The notes below the pieces were generated by a model. That model was not told the DNA's origin. It ran no database searches and saw nothing but the letters and a program-made list of their open reading frames with translations. DNA of 64,000 nucleotides from Selaginella moellendorffii. Its lineage: Eukaryota > Plantae > Lycopodiophyta. A program made the translations under genes and the position numbers. The stretch's first letter is position 1. Each line of letters opens with the position of its first letter. The stretch is from contig NW_003314285.1 of the NCBI RefSeq assembly GCF_000143415.4, forward strand, positions 1,205,370 to 1,269,369, given 5' to 3'. Below, piece after piece: positions 12,168-24,576 of the stretch.

Positions 12168-13907
12168 ATGGATTTGGGACATGCTCGACTATGGCGAGAG
12201 CTCGAGGATATCGAGAGGGAGCCGCTGGAAGGAATTCGTATCCACATCCATGATGGTAGTAACTTACAGCATATGTGTTTGATTTTATCGCCCATTAGTG
12301 GTCCATTTGCGGGTCACAGGTTTCACTTGGATGTCCGTATTCCGAAATCCTATCCCGATCATCCTCCAAGGGTGACCATGCAATCCATGATCTGCCACCC
12401 TAATATCACCAGTGGCAATGTTCGTTGTGATGGTTTCGATTCGGAGTACACTCCCGCTTATAGGCTCAAGTACTTGTTCCTCCAGCTCTTGTGCTTGGTC
12501 TCGAGTGATTTTATCGCAAAGCGGGAATCGGAACCCTATGACATGGTGGAGTATGCTGCAAAAGATTTGAGCTGGATGAACTGCAAGTACTATTGTGGGA
12601 TTTGTGGGTTTTTCGGTCAGGATCTCCCGGCTTTGAATCCGATAGATACGACTACAAAGGTGGCGGAGGAGAAAGTTGATGGTATTTCAAGTGACCAGGC
12701 AGGAGAATCTGCGCATTCTTTGCTTGAAAAGCTGGATGATGATACTATGAGAGGGGTTTTGAGCAAAGTTAACGACCAGGCCATTATACAGTTGACGGTT
12801 GCATACGGGAGTATGAAAGAGTTTATGGAATCCAACAATGTGTTGCTCGAGAGGAATCTCTTCTGTTCCTACACACGCAAGTCTTTTGAGGAGGACGGGA
12901 CCGTTCTGGGCCTCCGGATGGATTTCGAGAAAAATATTGTCACGGAGTTTGATCCCATCTCCTACGAGGCCTACTTCCAGAAGAACACCGGGAACTTTCT
13001 CCCACTGGCCCTGAGCGAGGCTCATTTCAAGCGAGGAAAGGGGATCCTCGATTACAGCCTCAAGCACTTGAGTGGACGCAACGATTGGAGCCCCGAAACC
13101 GTGCTCGAGAGCATCCCAGTCGTGATGGACGCCATGGCCGGTTCCTTCATATCACTCAAGATCCCATCGTCCCAGAAGTTCCTTAATGTGTTTTTCCTCT
13201 TCTACCATCTCTTATGGAAGCTAACCAAGGAAGATCCGGCCCTGGCTCTCGAAATCCGCTCCAAGATCGACCAATTTACGAAAGATATCAAGTCCCGAGC
13301 AAGAGATTCGAATCCAAACCTGGGAGCCTTCCTCATGTATGCGCTGGTGGATCCGGAGGTGGATTGTAGCAAGCTCGGTGGCCTCGTCCTCAAGGAGATC
13401 CTCACGAGGAGTGCGCTCACATATCTAAAGAAACATCCACACCTCGCGTATGTGGAGCCAGGCGACTATAACTCAGAGATACGACTCCAGCAAACGTTTC
13501 AGGTGTGCTCCGCCACCCTCAAAGCCCTGGTCTTCCAGGTCAACTTTGTTCATCTGGCCAAGACCGTTGACCCCGTGGAGCTGGATCGAAGGTATGGTTT
13601 CCCGGCAGAGGATGTGAGCACCAAGCTCCTCAAGCTCGCGAGAGACGCTGCGGCATTGGAGAGCTGGAGTGATTTCCTCGCGCAGCTGAAAATCCAGGCC
13701 ACCACCCGCAATATTCTCGATCTCTTGAAGGCTACCATGAAGGCGAGCGAGAAGAATGGATACCATCGAGTTCCATACTCGCAGAACGAACTCTATTTGC
13801 TACGGAGTAAAGTGGAGCCGTCTTGTCCGGAGCCGGAGGCGTTCACGAGGCCTCGCAAGGTCTCTCGCAAGAAATACAGCTTCAAGCCGCTCAAACAAAA
13901 GAAGTAG
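12168..13907 (+). CDS. Intronless ~579-aa protein with an N-terminal ubiquitin-conjugating (UBC/E2) fold and a large C-terminal helical region
   Basis: RLWRELEDIE..GPFAGHRFHLDVRIPKSYPDHPPRV..HPNI..C..YTPAYRLKYLFLQL. First ATG at 12168. Confidence 0.85.
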   Translation: MDLGHARLWRELEDIEREPLEGIRIHIHDGSNLQHMCLILSPISGPFAGHRFHLDVRIPKSYPDHPPRVTMQSMICHPNITSGNVRCDGFDSEYTPAYRLKYLFLQLLCLVSSDFIAKRESEPYDMVEYAAKDLSWMNCKYYCGICGFFGQDLPALNPIDTTTKVAEEKVDGISSDQAGESAHSLLEKLDDDTMRGVLSKVNDQAIIQLTVAYGSMKEFMESNNVLLERNLFCSYTRKSFEEDGTVLGLRMDFEKNIVTEFDPISYEAYFQKNTGNFLPLALSEAHFKRGKGILDYSLKHLSGRNDWSPETVLESIPVVMDAMAGSFISLKIPSSQKFLNVFFLFYHLLWKLTKEDPALALEIRSKIDQFTKDIKSRARDSNPNLGAFLMYALVDPEVDCSKLGGLVLKEILTRSALTYLKKHPHLAYVEPGDYNSEIRLQQTFQVCSATLKALVFQVNFVHLAKTVDPVELDRRYGFPAEDVSTKLLKLARDAAALESWSDFLAQLKIQATTRNILDLLKATMKASEKNGYHRVPYSQNELYLLRSKVEPSCPEPEAFTRPRKVSRKKYSFKPLKQKK

Positions 13908-14383
13908 TCATTGCTACAAGGTGAGCTTCCATCAAACTCTCTTTCCTGTTTAATGTTTGCAATCTCATTACCTTACTTCCCATCCTAAACGTGTGATCTC
14001 TATTCTCAAACCAATACGAACCAAGTTTGGCATAAAATGGTTTTTCCGTGTGTCAACTACAGTGGGAAGAATGTTCCTGATAGAAAAACCCAAAGAATGT
14101 CCGGATAGAAGGAAAAAAAAAAAGGTACAGAAGACATATACCGTCAGCGAAAGAGGCGACAATCACCACCAGCACCAGCACCGGAAATTTTTGGACATGC
14201 CAGGTATGAATAGTTTCATCACGTTGCACGAAATATAGTCCGGACAACGTGCCAAGAACAAGTTAGTCTTTTCGCTTTGAGGATTTCCAAGGGATGGCAA
14301 GGAAAAATGGAGAGAGTGGATGCAAAAGTCTAGACATAACAGGAGGAAAATGCGAGCGAGCCTGCCGCCTGTGATCCAGAAAG

Positions 14384-15964
14384 ATGTTCGTTCTAAGCGG
14401 AGCTCTGGAAGAAGAGAGAGCCCCATCACCACTTCGAAGCAAAGATGGAGGAGAAATGTTCAAGGTACCTTTGTTCACCAATCTCTCAGCGCAGCAGCGG
14501 GTCATCTTCTCAGCCAGCAGCAACAGTTCAGCCAGGCGCAGCAGCGAGGCAGCGAGAGTTCTCCTCGGGAATGCAAGTCCTCCACAGCTGCAGGAGGCGA
14601 GTAGCTTTGGTGAGAATCAAAACTTCAAAGCTCCCGGTTCGGTACCTTTCAAGTGGGAAGAACAACCCGGTAAGCCGAAGTCGCCGTCTTCTCTGATCTA
14701 CTCGAGCTCTCCCGGGAGCTCTCCACTGTCGTTCCTCCAGCCACCTCCTTGCCTTTCGATCGGAAGAACTCAGCAGCAGCAGCAGCAGCAGCAGCAAGGA
14801 CTGTCTCCTCGGCTCGCGGAGAGGATCAAAAACATCCTCCAGCTTCGGCTAGCTTCACCACTTCGATCGCCAATCTCGTCACTCTCCAAGGACTCAAACT
14901 CCCCCGGAGAGATGAGATCTTCTCCAGTGAGTATACTCGATGCCAGCGTCTTTGGAGCCAGTCCAGAGTCGTATAGCTCGTCGTCACCGAGTAAACGGTG
15001 TTCGTTGTCCTCAGCAGCGTCCTCGAGGGCTAACTTCCTGGAGCATCACGCCGTGGAGTCTCCGCTGAGCAGTGGAAGATTTAAGAAGCAGCTGAGTCTG
15101 GAGATCTGGGACCGGTCTTTGAGAGAGTCGTCCTCGTCGTCCACTGGCTGTGGTTTCTTCAAGAGCATGTTGGGATGCTGGAAGCTGCAGCACAAGCTCG
15201 TCGACCATGACACTTGTCGTGGTTCTTCGCTGGAGAATTATCGCGAGCAGCACCACCAAGATTTCTCCAGCAGTGATCATGTCTTAGGAGGCGAGTTTGA
15301 GAGCTTCAAGGAGAGATCATACGACGACGACGTCGACTGCGGCGGCGGGAGCTCCGAGTTTGATGACCAAAGCCGGTGTTTCTACGACGAAGTCGAAGCT
15401 CTAGAGATGGCTGAGGCCGAGATCAAGCAGCCGGCCGACGAAGTTCATGCTGTCGACGATGGAAAGTTTGCGACGTTTCCAGTCTCGGCGGCCTTCGTCT
15501 TCTCCAAGCCAGCGTTGAAAAAGAGTGGCGTGGTGGCCGATCGGAAGTTGTCCAAGAGAGTGAGGTTTCTCATCGAGGACTACTCGAGCGACGATAACGA
15601 CGAGCCGCGAGAGAAGAGCGCCAAGAACAAGGCCGACGATATGTTTGACGACGCAATCTCCACCGAGGACGAAGGCTTCCAGCGGCCTGTACGATCAGTC
15701 ATAAGGAGGAGGAGGAAGAAGAACTTGAATTCGTGTACCTCCAAGTTTCTACACTCTCCTCAGAGTCTAGAAGAGATCTCGATATCTCCAGGAGCTCAAG
15801 CAACGTTGGCCAGGTATGGATCGTTCGAGAAAGCCTCGAGGGAGACTTTCCATGCCATCGCCACCTTCGACTTAGATGCTGTGGACTCGTCACCTGATCT
15901 TCAACCCATGAAAGATGTAGCTCAAAGGCCACCTCCCGGTGGTGTTCTTCGATTCACAGGATAA
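14384..15964 (+). CDS. DUF688-like Ser-rich protein
   Basis: Diagnostic SVPFKWEEQPGKPK and LQPPP motifs in a 526-aa ORF; start codon uncertain. Confidence 0.75.
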   Translation: MFVLSGALEEERAPSPLRSKDGGEMFKVPLFTNLSAQQRVIFSASSNSSARRSSEAARVLLGNASPPQLQEASSFGENQNFKAPGSVPFKWEEQPGKPKSPSSLIYSSSPGSSPLSFLQPPPCLSIGRTQQQQQQQQQGLSPRLAERIKNILQLRLASPLRSPISSLSKDSNSPGEMRSSPVSILDASVFGASPESYSSSSPSKRCSLSSAASSRANFLEHHAVESPLSSGRFKKQLSLEIWDRSLRESSSSSTGCGFFKSMLGCWKLQHKLVDHDTCRGSSLENYREQHHQDFSSSDHVLGGEFESFKERSYDDDVDCGGGSSEFDDQSRCFYDEVEALEMAEAEIKQPADEVHAVDDGKFATFPVSAAFVFSKPALKKSGVVADRKLSKRVRFLIEDYSSDDNDEPREKSAKNKADDMFDDAISTEDEGFQRPVRSVIRRRRKKNLNSCTSKFLHSPQSLEEISISPGAQATLARYGSFEKASRETFHAIATFDLDAVDSSPDLQPMKDVAQRPPPGGVLRFTG

Positions 15965-16159
15965 ACATTCGCTACAAGTAAATCATAGTTTCTTGTGTTT
16001 CGACACATGCGTAAGCCTGTGCATGAAACATTATTAGTAACACAGCTGAGAATGATCTTCTCGCCAATATCAAATAAGCAAAAAACTGTATACCCGTCGC
16101 CAATACCAACAAAACTTGAAGCAGACCGAATCTTTGTACAGCTACGCCCTCCCCGAACT

Positions 16160-18056
16160 TCAAACCAGTAATGGCTCGCACGTAGAAACCTGTTTGTTCT
16201 TCCTGTGAGTCACTGCTGCTGTGAAGTTCGAGTGAAAAAGCTTTTCAAGCCGGCAGGAATGAGCTCCAACGAGTTCCGTGACTTGAGGCTCGTCTCGCGG
16301 CACAATCGCGTAGTCATCCCCATACTCGTCAAGGCCTTCTTCCAGGAGTTGCCAGAGCATTGCCCCGGCACACGCTTCTCCGTTTCGTGCCGAGTCGAAG
16401 GCCGCGTCATACATTGCCTTTAAGAGCTCAAGCCGGTGTCTCGTGCTAGATTTCGTTTTGAGCCCAAATTCTGTGACCAGCACCGGCTTTTGCAATCTCA
16501 AAGCACCGTCTTGGACGTGCGTATCAACCCATTTAGAGAATCCTTTGAGCTGTTCCTCGAAGCTCACCTCGGGCATCCTGAAAAAAGCAGGCTACGTGAA
16601 ACTCTGATCAAAGAAAAAGAGAGACAGTCTCACCATATATCCGGATACGCATGAATCGAAGCGAAATCTATAGTCGAGAGAAGGTGGTTGCGTATGAAAT
16701 CCGAGCCAAGGAAATCCGCCCAGTGTCCTGGATTGGCTACTAAGCTGTCGGGACTCCAACTATTGTAGAATCCTTCCAGTCCAACAGTTAGCAGGTGCTT
16801 GCTGTCCAGGGACTTGACGTACACGGACATTTCTTCGATCCAAGTCTGCGTCCAAAACTCTGGTATTTTAAGTGAAACTTTGCAAAAGTAAAGAACCTGT
16901 AGTGTGTTTCCCGAGGGATCAATGATGCAGCGTGGTTCGTTCATGAGCTCCCATGCGAAGATGGCTGGCTCGTCTTTGTAGGCCACCCCGGTAATGCTGT
17001 TCACTCTTGTTAGTATTTTCTGCCACAAGGAAAAACAACAAGATCTCAACGAAACGACTGGCTGCATTGATCTACCTTGACGTGAGATTTGTAGTAGTCT
17101 TTGATGGTTGGATCGGAGAAGAAAGTGTCGTTGCTATAGCCGACGTCGGCATTGGCTTGACGAGCCCAGTAAACGTACTGTCCTTTGCCACCGAATGCTT
17201 CCAGATTATTTGTCAGGCTCAGCAACAACCTGATGTTGCGACGACGGGCTTCAACGATTACATAATCCAGAGCCTGCCTCAAGACAAAGAAGACTCAGGA
17301 TACTTCAAAAGAAAAAAGAGAAAAGTTTTCAATGTAGAAAAACCAAAAACGATCCTAAGAGGGAGAAGAAGAAGAGTTAGTAGGACAATTCTCTTGAAAT
17401 GAAAAGAAACACTTCTATGACGAAAATCCATCCTAAGAAGGAGAAGAAAGAAAGTGCTATGAAAAAAAACCAAAACGAATCCATCCTAAGAACAAGAAGA
17501 GGAAGAAAAGATCAGAAGCTACTTAGAACACTTATCTTGAAATGCAAAGAAACACTTCTATGACGAAAAATCCATCCTAAGAAGAAGAAGGAAAACTATG
17601 ATCCTAAGAAGAAGAAGAAAATCTCACGAGCTACTTAGAACACTTCTCTAGGTAGAAAAAAGAGAAAAAGAAACTTCTAAAGAGCAGCACTACCTATAGT
17701 ACCTTGAAAACGTCCTCGTCGTAGTGGCCAGGAGATCTTTGCAATGCATGGTAGCCAGCATCGTTGAAAGCCCAAGTTCTCACAAGGTTGAGCCCCATGC
17801 CGGCTCCATCGTCGAGGATGGATCTCACATTGGACCGGCTGAGCCACTCCACCCCCTCGCTCATCATCCAGTAGGAATTCCAGCCATTGATGTAGAAAGG
17901 CCGGTCATCCACAAAGAACTGCGTGCCATCCCTTCGCACAAACCCCATCTCCGGGAGCTTGATGGGCAGCCGGATATTGCCATTGAGGATGAGGTATCCA
18001 ATCCCTATAATCCCCAGGATCGCAATCGCTGTGTAGCTCGCATAGTTGTTTACCAT
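16160..18056 (-). CDS. GH5 endo-1,4-beta-mannanase (MAN family), multi-exon, N-terminal membrane anchor
   Basis: [32 protein letters not shown], acid/base motif [26 protein letters not shown] and nucleophile motif VLVTEFG. Confidence 0.95.
17274..17702. repeat. Enlarged mannanase intron 1 (429 bp) built from internally duplicated AG-rich segments
   Basis: Recurrent AAGAAACACTTCTATGACGAAAA and ATCCTAAGAAG units. Confidence 0.6.
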
Positions 18057-18463
18057 GCTCGATCCACCGATCTAGCCCCCGGAATCTGAGAGCTCAAGAG
18101 CTGGAATCCAAAGCTCTTGATCGACCTGCAATACCTGGCCGCGCTTTGTAGAATTCCCTTCCCGGAGAGATGGCGACCTCGCAGCGTACTCGCATTTGAC
18201 TAGTAGAGAGATCGATCGATGCGCGAATGGATCGCGGACGAAAACTTCCCTCGCGATGTTACGTTTCATCAGCAATGAAGAGCGTACGGTGACGGTGTTT
18301 AGTACGAAATAGGAGGTCCAAGGCTCGATTCTCCTTAGCACAGCACTAGGGCAAGTACAAACTGGGTGGTCGTGGTTCGATTCCTGCGAGTAACAAGTAA
18401 ATTTCTAGGGTTCTTCGTGAGGGAGCCGCAAGAGGTGAGTCCGCCGCCTCGCCGATTGGTACA

Positions 18464-20324
18464 ATGGCAGGTCGGGGCAGGATGCGAGTCCCTCAGCAAG
18501 GAGTCGCAATCTTGCGGCCTCACGGCAGGGGCTCCATGGTCGTGCCGCCTCCGCCGATCATCGAGCAGAAGCTTGCGGCCCAGCACCTGGAAATCCAGCG
18601 CCTGCTGACCGAGAACCAGCGATTCGCGGCGACGCACGTCGCGCTGAGGCAGGATGTGGCGCAGCTCCGCCAGATTATCTCCCAGAACGACGCCAAGATG
18701 TCGGCATTGGAGAGGGAGCTGGAGCAGGCGAGGAGCGAAATCAAGACGGTGAATTCGCATCGCCAAGAGCTCCTCCTCCAGGCGCAGCAGATGACACAGG
18801 ATTTGCATCGCGCTCGATCGGATGCGCAGCAAATGGCCGTGATGAGGGCCGAGAATGACACGCTCCGCCAGGAGCTCCAGAGGCTCAAAGCTACTTACGA
18901 GCCAAGCAGTGGCAGCGCTGGCGGTGGTGGTGGCGGTGGTGGTGGAGTTTCTACTTCTGCTAGTGGCAAGGATCATCAAGAACAGCTCTCCAAGGAGGTG
19001 GAGAAGCTCCGCGCAGTGGCAGCATCAGTGAACTATCCAGTGGCTTCTTCCAGCGCTCCATACGTCGCCAATGGGAGTGTGGCCGCCACTCCTTCCAGCG
19101 CTCCTGTGGAGACATGGACGACGCACTACGCTCCAAATGGCTCTCTCTTCTACTACAACACAGTCACGGGTGTGACGCAGTGGGAGAAGCCGGCCTCGCT
19201 CGCCGCAAGCCAGGCCGGGCAGGAGCTCCATTCCAATCCACAAGCCGCGCTTCAGCAAACCATGCACCAAGTTCTCATCCAGCAGCATCAAGCTGCCGCC
19301 GCCGCCGCCGCGTATCAGTTGAGTGGTCACTCCGCCACTCCGGGCCTCCAGCAGCAATTCCCACAGCAGCTGCTCTACGCTCCTCAGCCATCCTCCCAGA
19401 TCACAGGAGCTCCAGGACCAACCAACTTACCCGGTACAAGTCAGCCATCTACAAGCCAAAACCCGTTGGCATTCCTGGCGCGATCCTCAGGTGCGTCTTT
19501 TCTTGTTTTGATTCTCTCTAAGCATCGGCTTCAACCATTTTCAGGAGTCGTCAACCCTTCACTCAAGCCCGACGGTGTTTCTTCACGGCAATCTCCCTCA
19601 GCTGCTAACAGCCCCTCTAGGCCACAAGGTGAGTTCTTTCTGTGAGGATCTAGCTACTTCTCATCCTTTTCGTGTTTTTTCTTCTTTTTCCAGGTGCGAC
19701 GTTGTCAGTGTATGGGATCTCTGCCGACTACCGGGACTCGGACTTGGTGGACCTATTCAAGCCTTACGGGAGTGTTTTATATGCCAAAGTCGCTACCGCC
19801 AAAGAAATGGCTGCGGGCCAGCCGTGTGGTAAGCCAAGCCATTTTTTTCTGTTCTGTAGTTTCTTTTTTTCTCTGTCCTTCATTCATGCGAGCTTCCAGC
19901 TTCTCGACTTTCAGTGTTCTTCTATAGCCACTTTCGTGTCCGTCGTTCGCTTCGCTCTAGCTAGAAATGATCCGAGACGCTTACCTCTATCCGAGCTTGG
20001 CCAAAACCAACGAGCTTTTCCCTTTTTCCCTGACTGAAAGATCCTTGAAACGATTTCCTGCCAAGTGCTTGCAGTTCGCCCTCGTTATTTACTTCTACAG
20101 TACCGATTGATCGCATCAGATTTCTTATTTCTCGTTTGTTTGCAAATCTCCGGTTTACTTCAGGAACTGTGACAATGGACACGAGACGGTCTGCCGAGGC
20201 AGCCATGACTGCCATGAATGGAGTGTCGATCTCTGGCAGTGCACTTGAGATAAAACTCCAGCGTGACCAAGACGTTGATTTTCCTTCCAAACAGAAAAGT
20301 GGTGCTTATCGATCTTCTTACTAA
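18464..20324 (+). CDS. FLX-like coiled coil + WW domain + C-terminal RRM fusion protein (exons 18464-19490, 19545-19628, 19694-19828, 20164-20324)
   Basis: FLX signature EQKLAAQHLEIQRLLTENQRFAATHVALRQ; WW domain WTTHYAPNGSLFYYNTVTGVTQWEKP; RRM GATLSVYGI..LFKPYGSVLYAKV..AEAAMTAMNGVSISGSALEIKLQRD. All three introns are GT-AG and keep the frame. Confidence 0.85.
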
Positions 20325-20460
20325 CGCTCGCGCGATTGTTTCTCTATAATTCTCCTGGCGTCTCCGTTTTTCTTTTCTACGAAGCTAATCCGTTTATCCA
20401 TATTCTTTTGCTACTCTAGTTTTGTGCAGGTCTTGCCTTCTCTGTGATGTTTTTGCTGGT

Positions 20461-20796
20461 TGTCACAGGCTTTCCTTTGCAACAGATGTGAAGTAAAGAT
20501 TCACGTTGGTTTTTAACTTTCGTCTTCTATTAAAGACTCAGGCTCCTGTATTAAAGACTCGGACCGGCTGCAAAACTTAGATAGGGAGGCGCCAGGAGCC
20601 AGAGTCTTGTAATGGAAGCTTCCCATGTTAGAACCTAAGGAAGATTTACTGTGCTGATGCACCAACCTAGAGCCCTCTGTGCCACTGTGAGCACGCTCCA
20701 CCTCCACTGTCCCAAAAAGCCCTTCATTAGTTGTGACGTAAAATAAATTGATTAAACTGGGCTCTAGCTCTATCCCTTCTTCCTCAGCCTGTGACA
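20461..20796. mobile_element. Probable short LTR (336 bp)
   Basis: Perfect 10-bp terminal inverted repeat TGTCACAGGC...GCCTGTGACA, directly next to the 3' end of a decayed integrase. No TSD seen. Confidence 0.5.
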
Positions 20797-20799
20797 TTT

Positions 20800-21850
20800 A
20801 AGAGGATACTTCAAGAGTCATTCCTTATCAAAACATCTTTCAACAGGGTGATATAGAAAATTGGGTGTACTTTCACCCACCTCATTTGGCAACTTCACTT
20901 GGTAAGCCATATATTCAAGACTTGAGTATTTAGGAGACAATTTATCACTTCTCCAGTCTCCTTATGGTTGTATGACTTTGTGATACTGAAAATATCAATT
21001 GCACATAAACCAAATTGCCAACCTTGAACTTTTTAAATGTTTGATACTCATTAGAATACCTCTTAAATCGGTCTTGAGCCACTTGCAAATACATTTAGAA
21101 TTTCATCTAATTCTATAGATAAACTCTTTGATTCATTTTAGATTCTTGAGATCTAAGTAAACTAAGCTCAAAAGCTGTTTTTGGATGATGGCCATATAAA
21201 GTATGTTGCCATGTTAACTATTGTTATAAACAAACTCCACAAGGAATAAAAATTTATCCCACTATCTTTATTGCATATGAACAGTGCATCTTAGCATATC
21301 CTCAACCACCTAATTAACTCACTCAATTGTCCATTTGTTTGAGGATGATTTCTACTACATAGCTTAATGCTAATCTTTATGAATTTCACAAAGCTTCTCC
21401 AAAATTCATTTATGAATTTTGAGTCTCTATCACTTACAATCTTTATTGGCAAACTAAACTGAGGAAAGATATATTTAAGGTATACTGCAACTAAGTTCAC
21501 ATGTTTTGCTACCTTTTTCAAAGGAATCAACTTTAAAAACTTGGTCAATTGATCCACAATGACCCAAGCTTGTTCATTTTAGCTATGTGTTCTTGGAAAA
21601 TATATGATAAAATCTGTGGATATGCTTATCCATCTATCCTCTAGGATAGACAATGGCACCAAATGCCCTATTGGCTTTTCTTTTGGTACCTTCACTTGCT
21701 AATAATTTTTGTCTATCTTACAATACTCAAGAATGTTATTTTTCATGTTCTTCCAAGAGAACTTGTACTTGATCGACTTGTAAGTCTTCATTCTCCCAAA
21801 ATGACTAGCCTCTTGATTGTCATATTATTAATAGAGGACATGGTTGATTA
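20800..21850 (-). pseudogene. Decayed Ty3/Gypsy integrase fragment
   Basis: DQLTK..IVSDRDSKFINEFWRS..HPQTNGQ and a downstream HPIFYITLLK, interrupted by stops and frameshifts. Confidence 0.85.
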
Positions 21851-22709
21851 GTTCATCAATTTTTACCTTTTACCCTATGATGATTTACTAGAGGATATCC
21901 ACAGAGCAAAATATAAACCTTTGGCTATGTGTTCAAAGGCAATGGAGTGGAACTCAGGTTTTAGAGCATGGGGCCACTAAACAAAGGGATGGAGCCAAAC
22001 TCTTGAACATTTAATCAATGAGTAAAGGAATCAAAGCATAGAATGACTTTTGAATGTACAACCCAAGGAGTAACTTAGACTCAATTTACACAAGTTAATT
22101 AGTGGTTATCATGAGTTGTTTTATATACCATAGATAAAAGTAAACCCCCACTAGGCTATAAATGGTAAATAGGCTAGTCTATAGCTATTTAGCATAACAC
22201 TAATAGATCCTTCCTAGGTATGATTATGAGTGGATTAATTAAGACTACAGGGATTAGTCTATTAGTCAAGTTTATTGTTATGCTCTCTTATACATTTTTT
22301 TTAGATTGGACTGAAGGTAGTGCAAATGAAAGTTTGATATATAGTCAAAGTTAAGATAAAAAAGAAAGTCATTAAGGATGAAAGATCAAATAGGAAAATC
22401 ATCTTTTCTTTAAGAGATGATTTGTAACGAATTGTAATATCATTACTCATATTCACATCATACAATCAAAAGTCCTTATTTTGATGTATGTTGGCTATAA
22501 AGGTTTTATAAGTAGTGAGTCGTGGGATGAATAATAATGAAGTGCTAAACCATTTTTCTTAGACTTGCTATTGGAAGGTTTAGATTACAATGCTCAATGC
22601 TTTTTAAAAAACTTTGCTATTGCTCTTTAAGTAGTTTAGTGTTGGATTAATTTTGAGTTTGGTCAGAAGGAAAGTGATATGAGCTTGTTTATATTGTAAA
22701 AGAAGTTAT

Positions 22710-23797
22710 TGTAGCACATGTGGTTTTCACCTTTTATCCTATGGTGATTTACTATAGGATAACCAAACCTAAACCCTTTATATGCCATGTATCACATGCC
22801 AAGTGCCACATGCTACGTGTCCAAAAGACAATAGAGTGAAACCCAAGTCTTATGGCCTTGGGCCACTTAATGAAGGTACAAAGCCAAATTCCCAAGCTTG
22901 TAGTTAAGGAGCAAAGGAACTAGAGCATGGAATAACTCTTAAACGTTCAACCCAAGGAACAAAGGGATTGGAGCATGGAGTGATGTTGGAATAGTTCTAG
23001 AGTTTTCAACATCCCAATGCTAAGACCAGCATGCAAAATAGAGCTAAACAGAGTTTAGTGTTATTTCAGTGTTATTTAATGCAAGGATATAAGTATTCCA
23101 CCAATGTGGAACTTGGGCTTAAACCCAAGTCAAATGCAAAACAAGGACAAACACACAAGTAAGAGCTAGATTATGTATTAGGTTAGTCAACTATGCCTAA
23201 TCTACCCATTATCTTTACTATATATTTGGAATCCTTCTTTTGAGGAATGCATGTTTTGGGCTTTCACCCTTAATCAGCCTTAGTACTAGGAGTTAATCTT
23301 TGGGATTAAATCAAAACTTACTAAATAGCACTAGATTGCAAATTTAGAAAAGGGACCAACACTATTGTATTTAAGACAATCTCTACATTCTGTAAATATA
23401 CCAAAATAGCAAATTTAAATACTTTCCATAATAATAATTGGGACTGAACTGATATAAAGTGCATAATAGCAAGGGTGTTTGACAGACATGATAAGCTATC
23501 ATCTGACAAATATTGAGAGACTAAACTTAATATCGTGGGGGTTCTTAACACTAGCAAATGCAAGTCAACAAATGAGTTTCTCTAACCCAAGTATGTTTAA
23601 CTAATAGCACTAAGGAATTCCGTTGTTATGCTCATTTTGTCAAATGCACATGTGAAGACTAATTTCTCAACTAGCTTAAGCGGAGACTGAAAAAGGGAAC
23701 AAAGATATCAACCTCTTGACATTGTGGCAATAAGGAAAGAATATCTAAAGGACTAGTTAACAGGTAACTTTCAATACCCACAGTCATATTTGCAATA
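22710..23797 (-). mobile_element. LTR family B copy inserted in a decayed family-B internal region (22080-24240)
   Basis: Begins TGTAGCACATGTGGTTTTCACC and ends GTCATATTTGCAATA. The two flanks join collinearly with the reverse complement of ~35000-36000. Confidence 0.7.
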
Positions 23798-24576
23798 GTG
23801 TTGTAAATCTATTTTAGTGGGTTGTGGTATTTATATTGCATTTTGTCAAATTGACTTAGCACTTGACATTTATATAAATTTTTATAATAATGGTAGAAAC
23901 ATTGCTTGTGGTATTGCTTAATTGATGATCAAGTTATTATAATTGTGATATTTATATTATATCTATGTAATCCTAAAAAATATGTTTATAAAGTTACTTT
24001 ATCAAACGATCATCAACCCCAAAGTGGTTGATAGTGAAGCTAGTTCACTTGCATGTAGTAGAATTGTAATAACTTTGACTAAATTATCAAAAGTGATTCA
24101 TTGTGCTAAACTAGTGTTGGTATTTGAGAGTTTGCCTATTGAGGTTTTTGGAAGGGTTATAATATTTATTTGTTATAGTTTATCTTTAGATTTATTAGCA
24201 CTTGAAGTAAATTGTTAAATGGTGAAAGTGTGGGTAAAGGAAATCTAAATTGAAGAAATGAAGGTTCTGACAAACTTCAAAATATTGAAACATGTAAATA
24301 TTTAGGTTAAAAGTTTCTACTAAAATGAGTCATTTAAAAACAAGAACTTATCTTTTCTAAAGCTATATTATTTTACTATGACTACTACTATAGTTGTTAT
24401 ATTTTGATTTGACTATATGTTTTTGACTAATTTTATAGTTGTTATATATTTACATACTTTTCGTTCATTCAAAAGTTTTTTCTAGGGTTCTTAAGAAGAT
24501 GGGAAACAAGGAAAACAAAAAATATATAAATAAAAGTTGTAGTACAAAGGAATGTGAAAATGTTCACTATTATAAT

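Noticed and set aside
20513-20797. 94-aa ORF as a gene
   Set aside because: It coincides with a probable LTR and has no recognisable motif.
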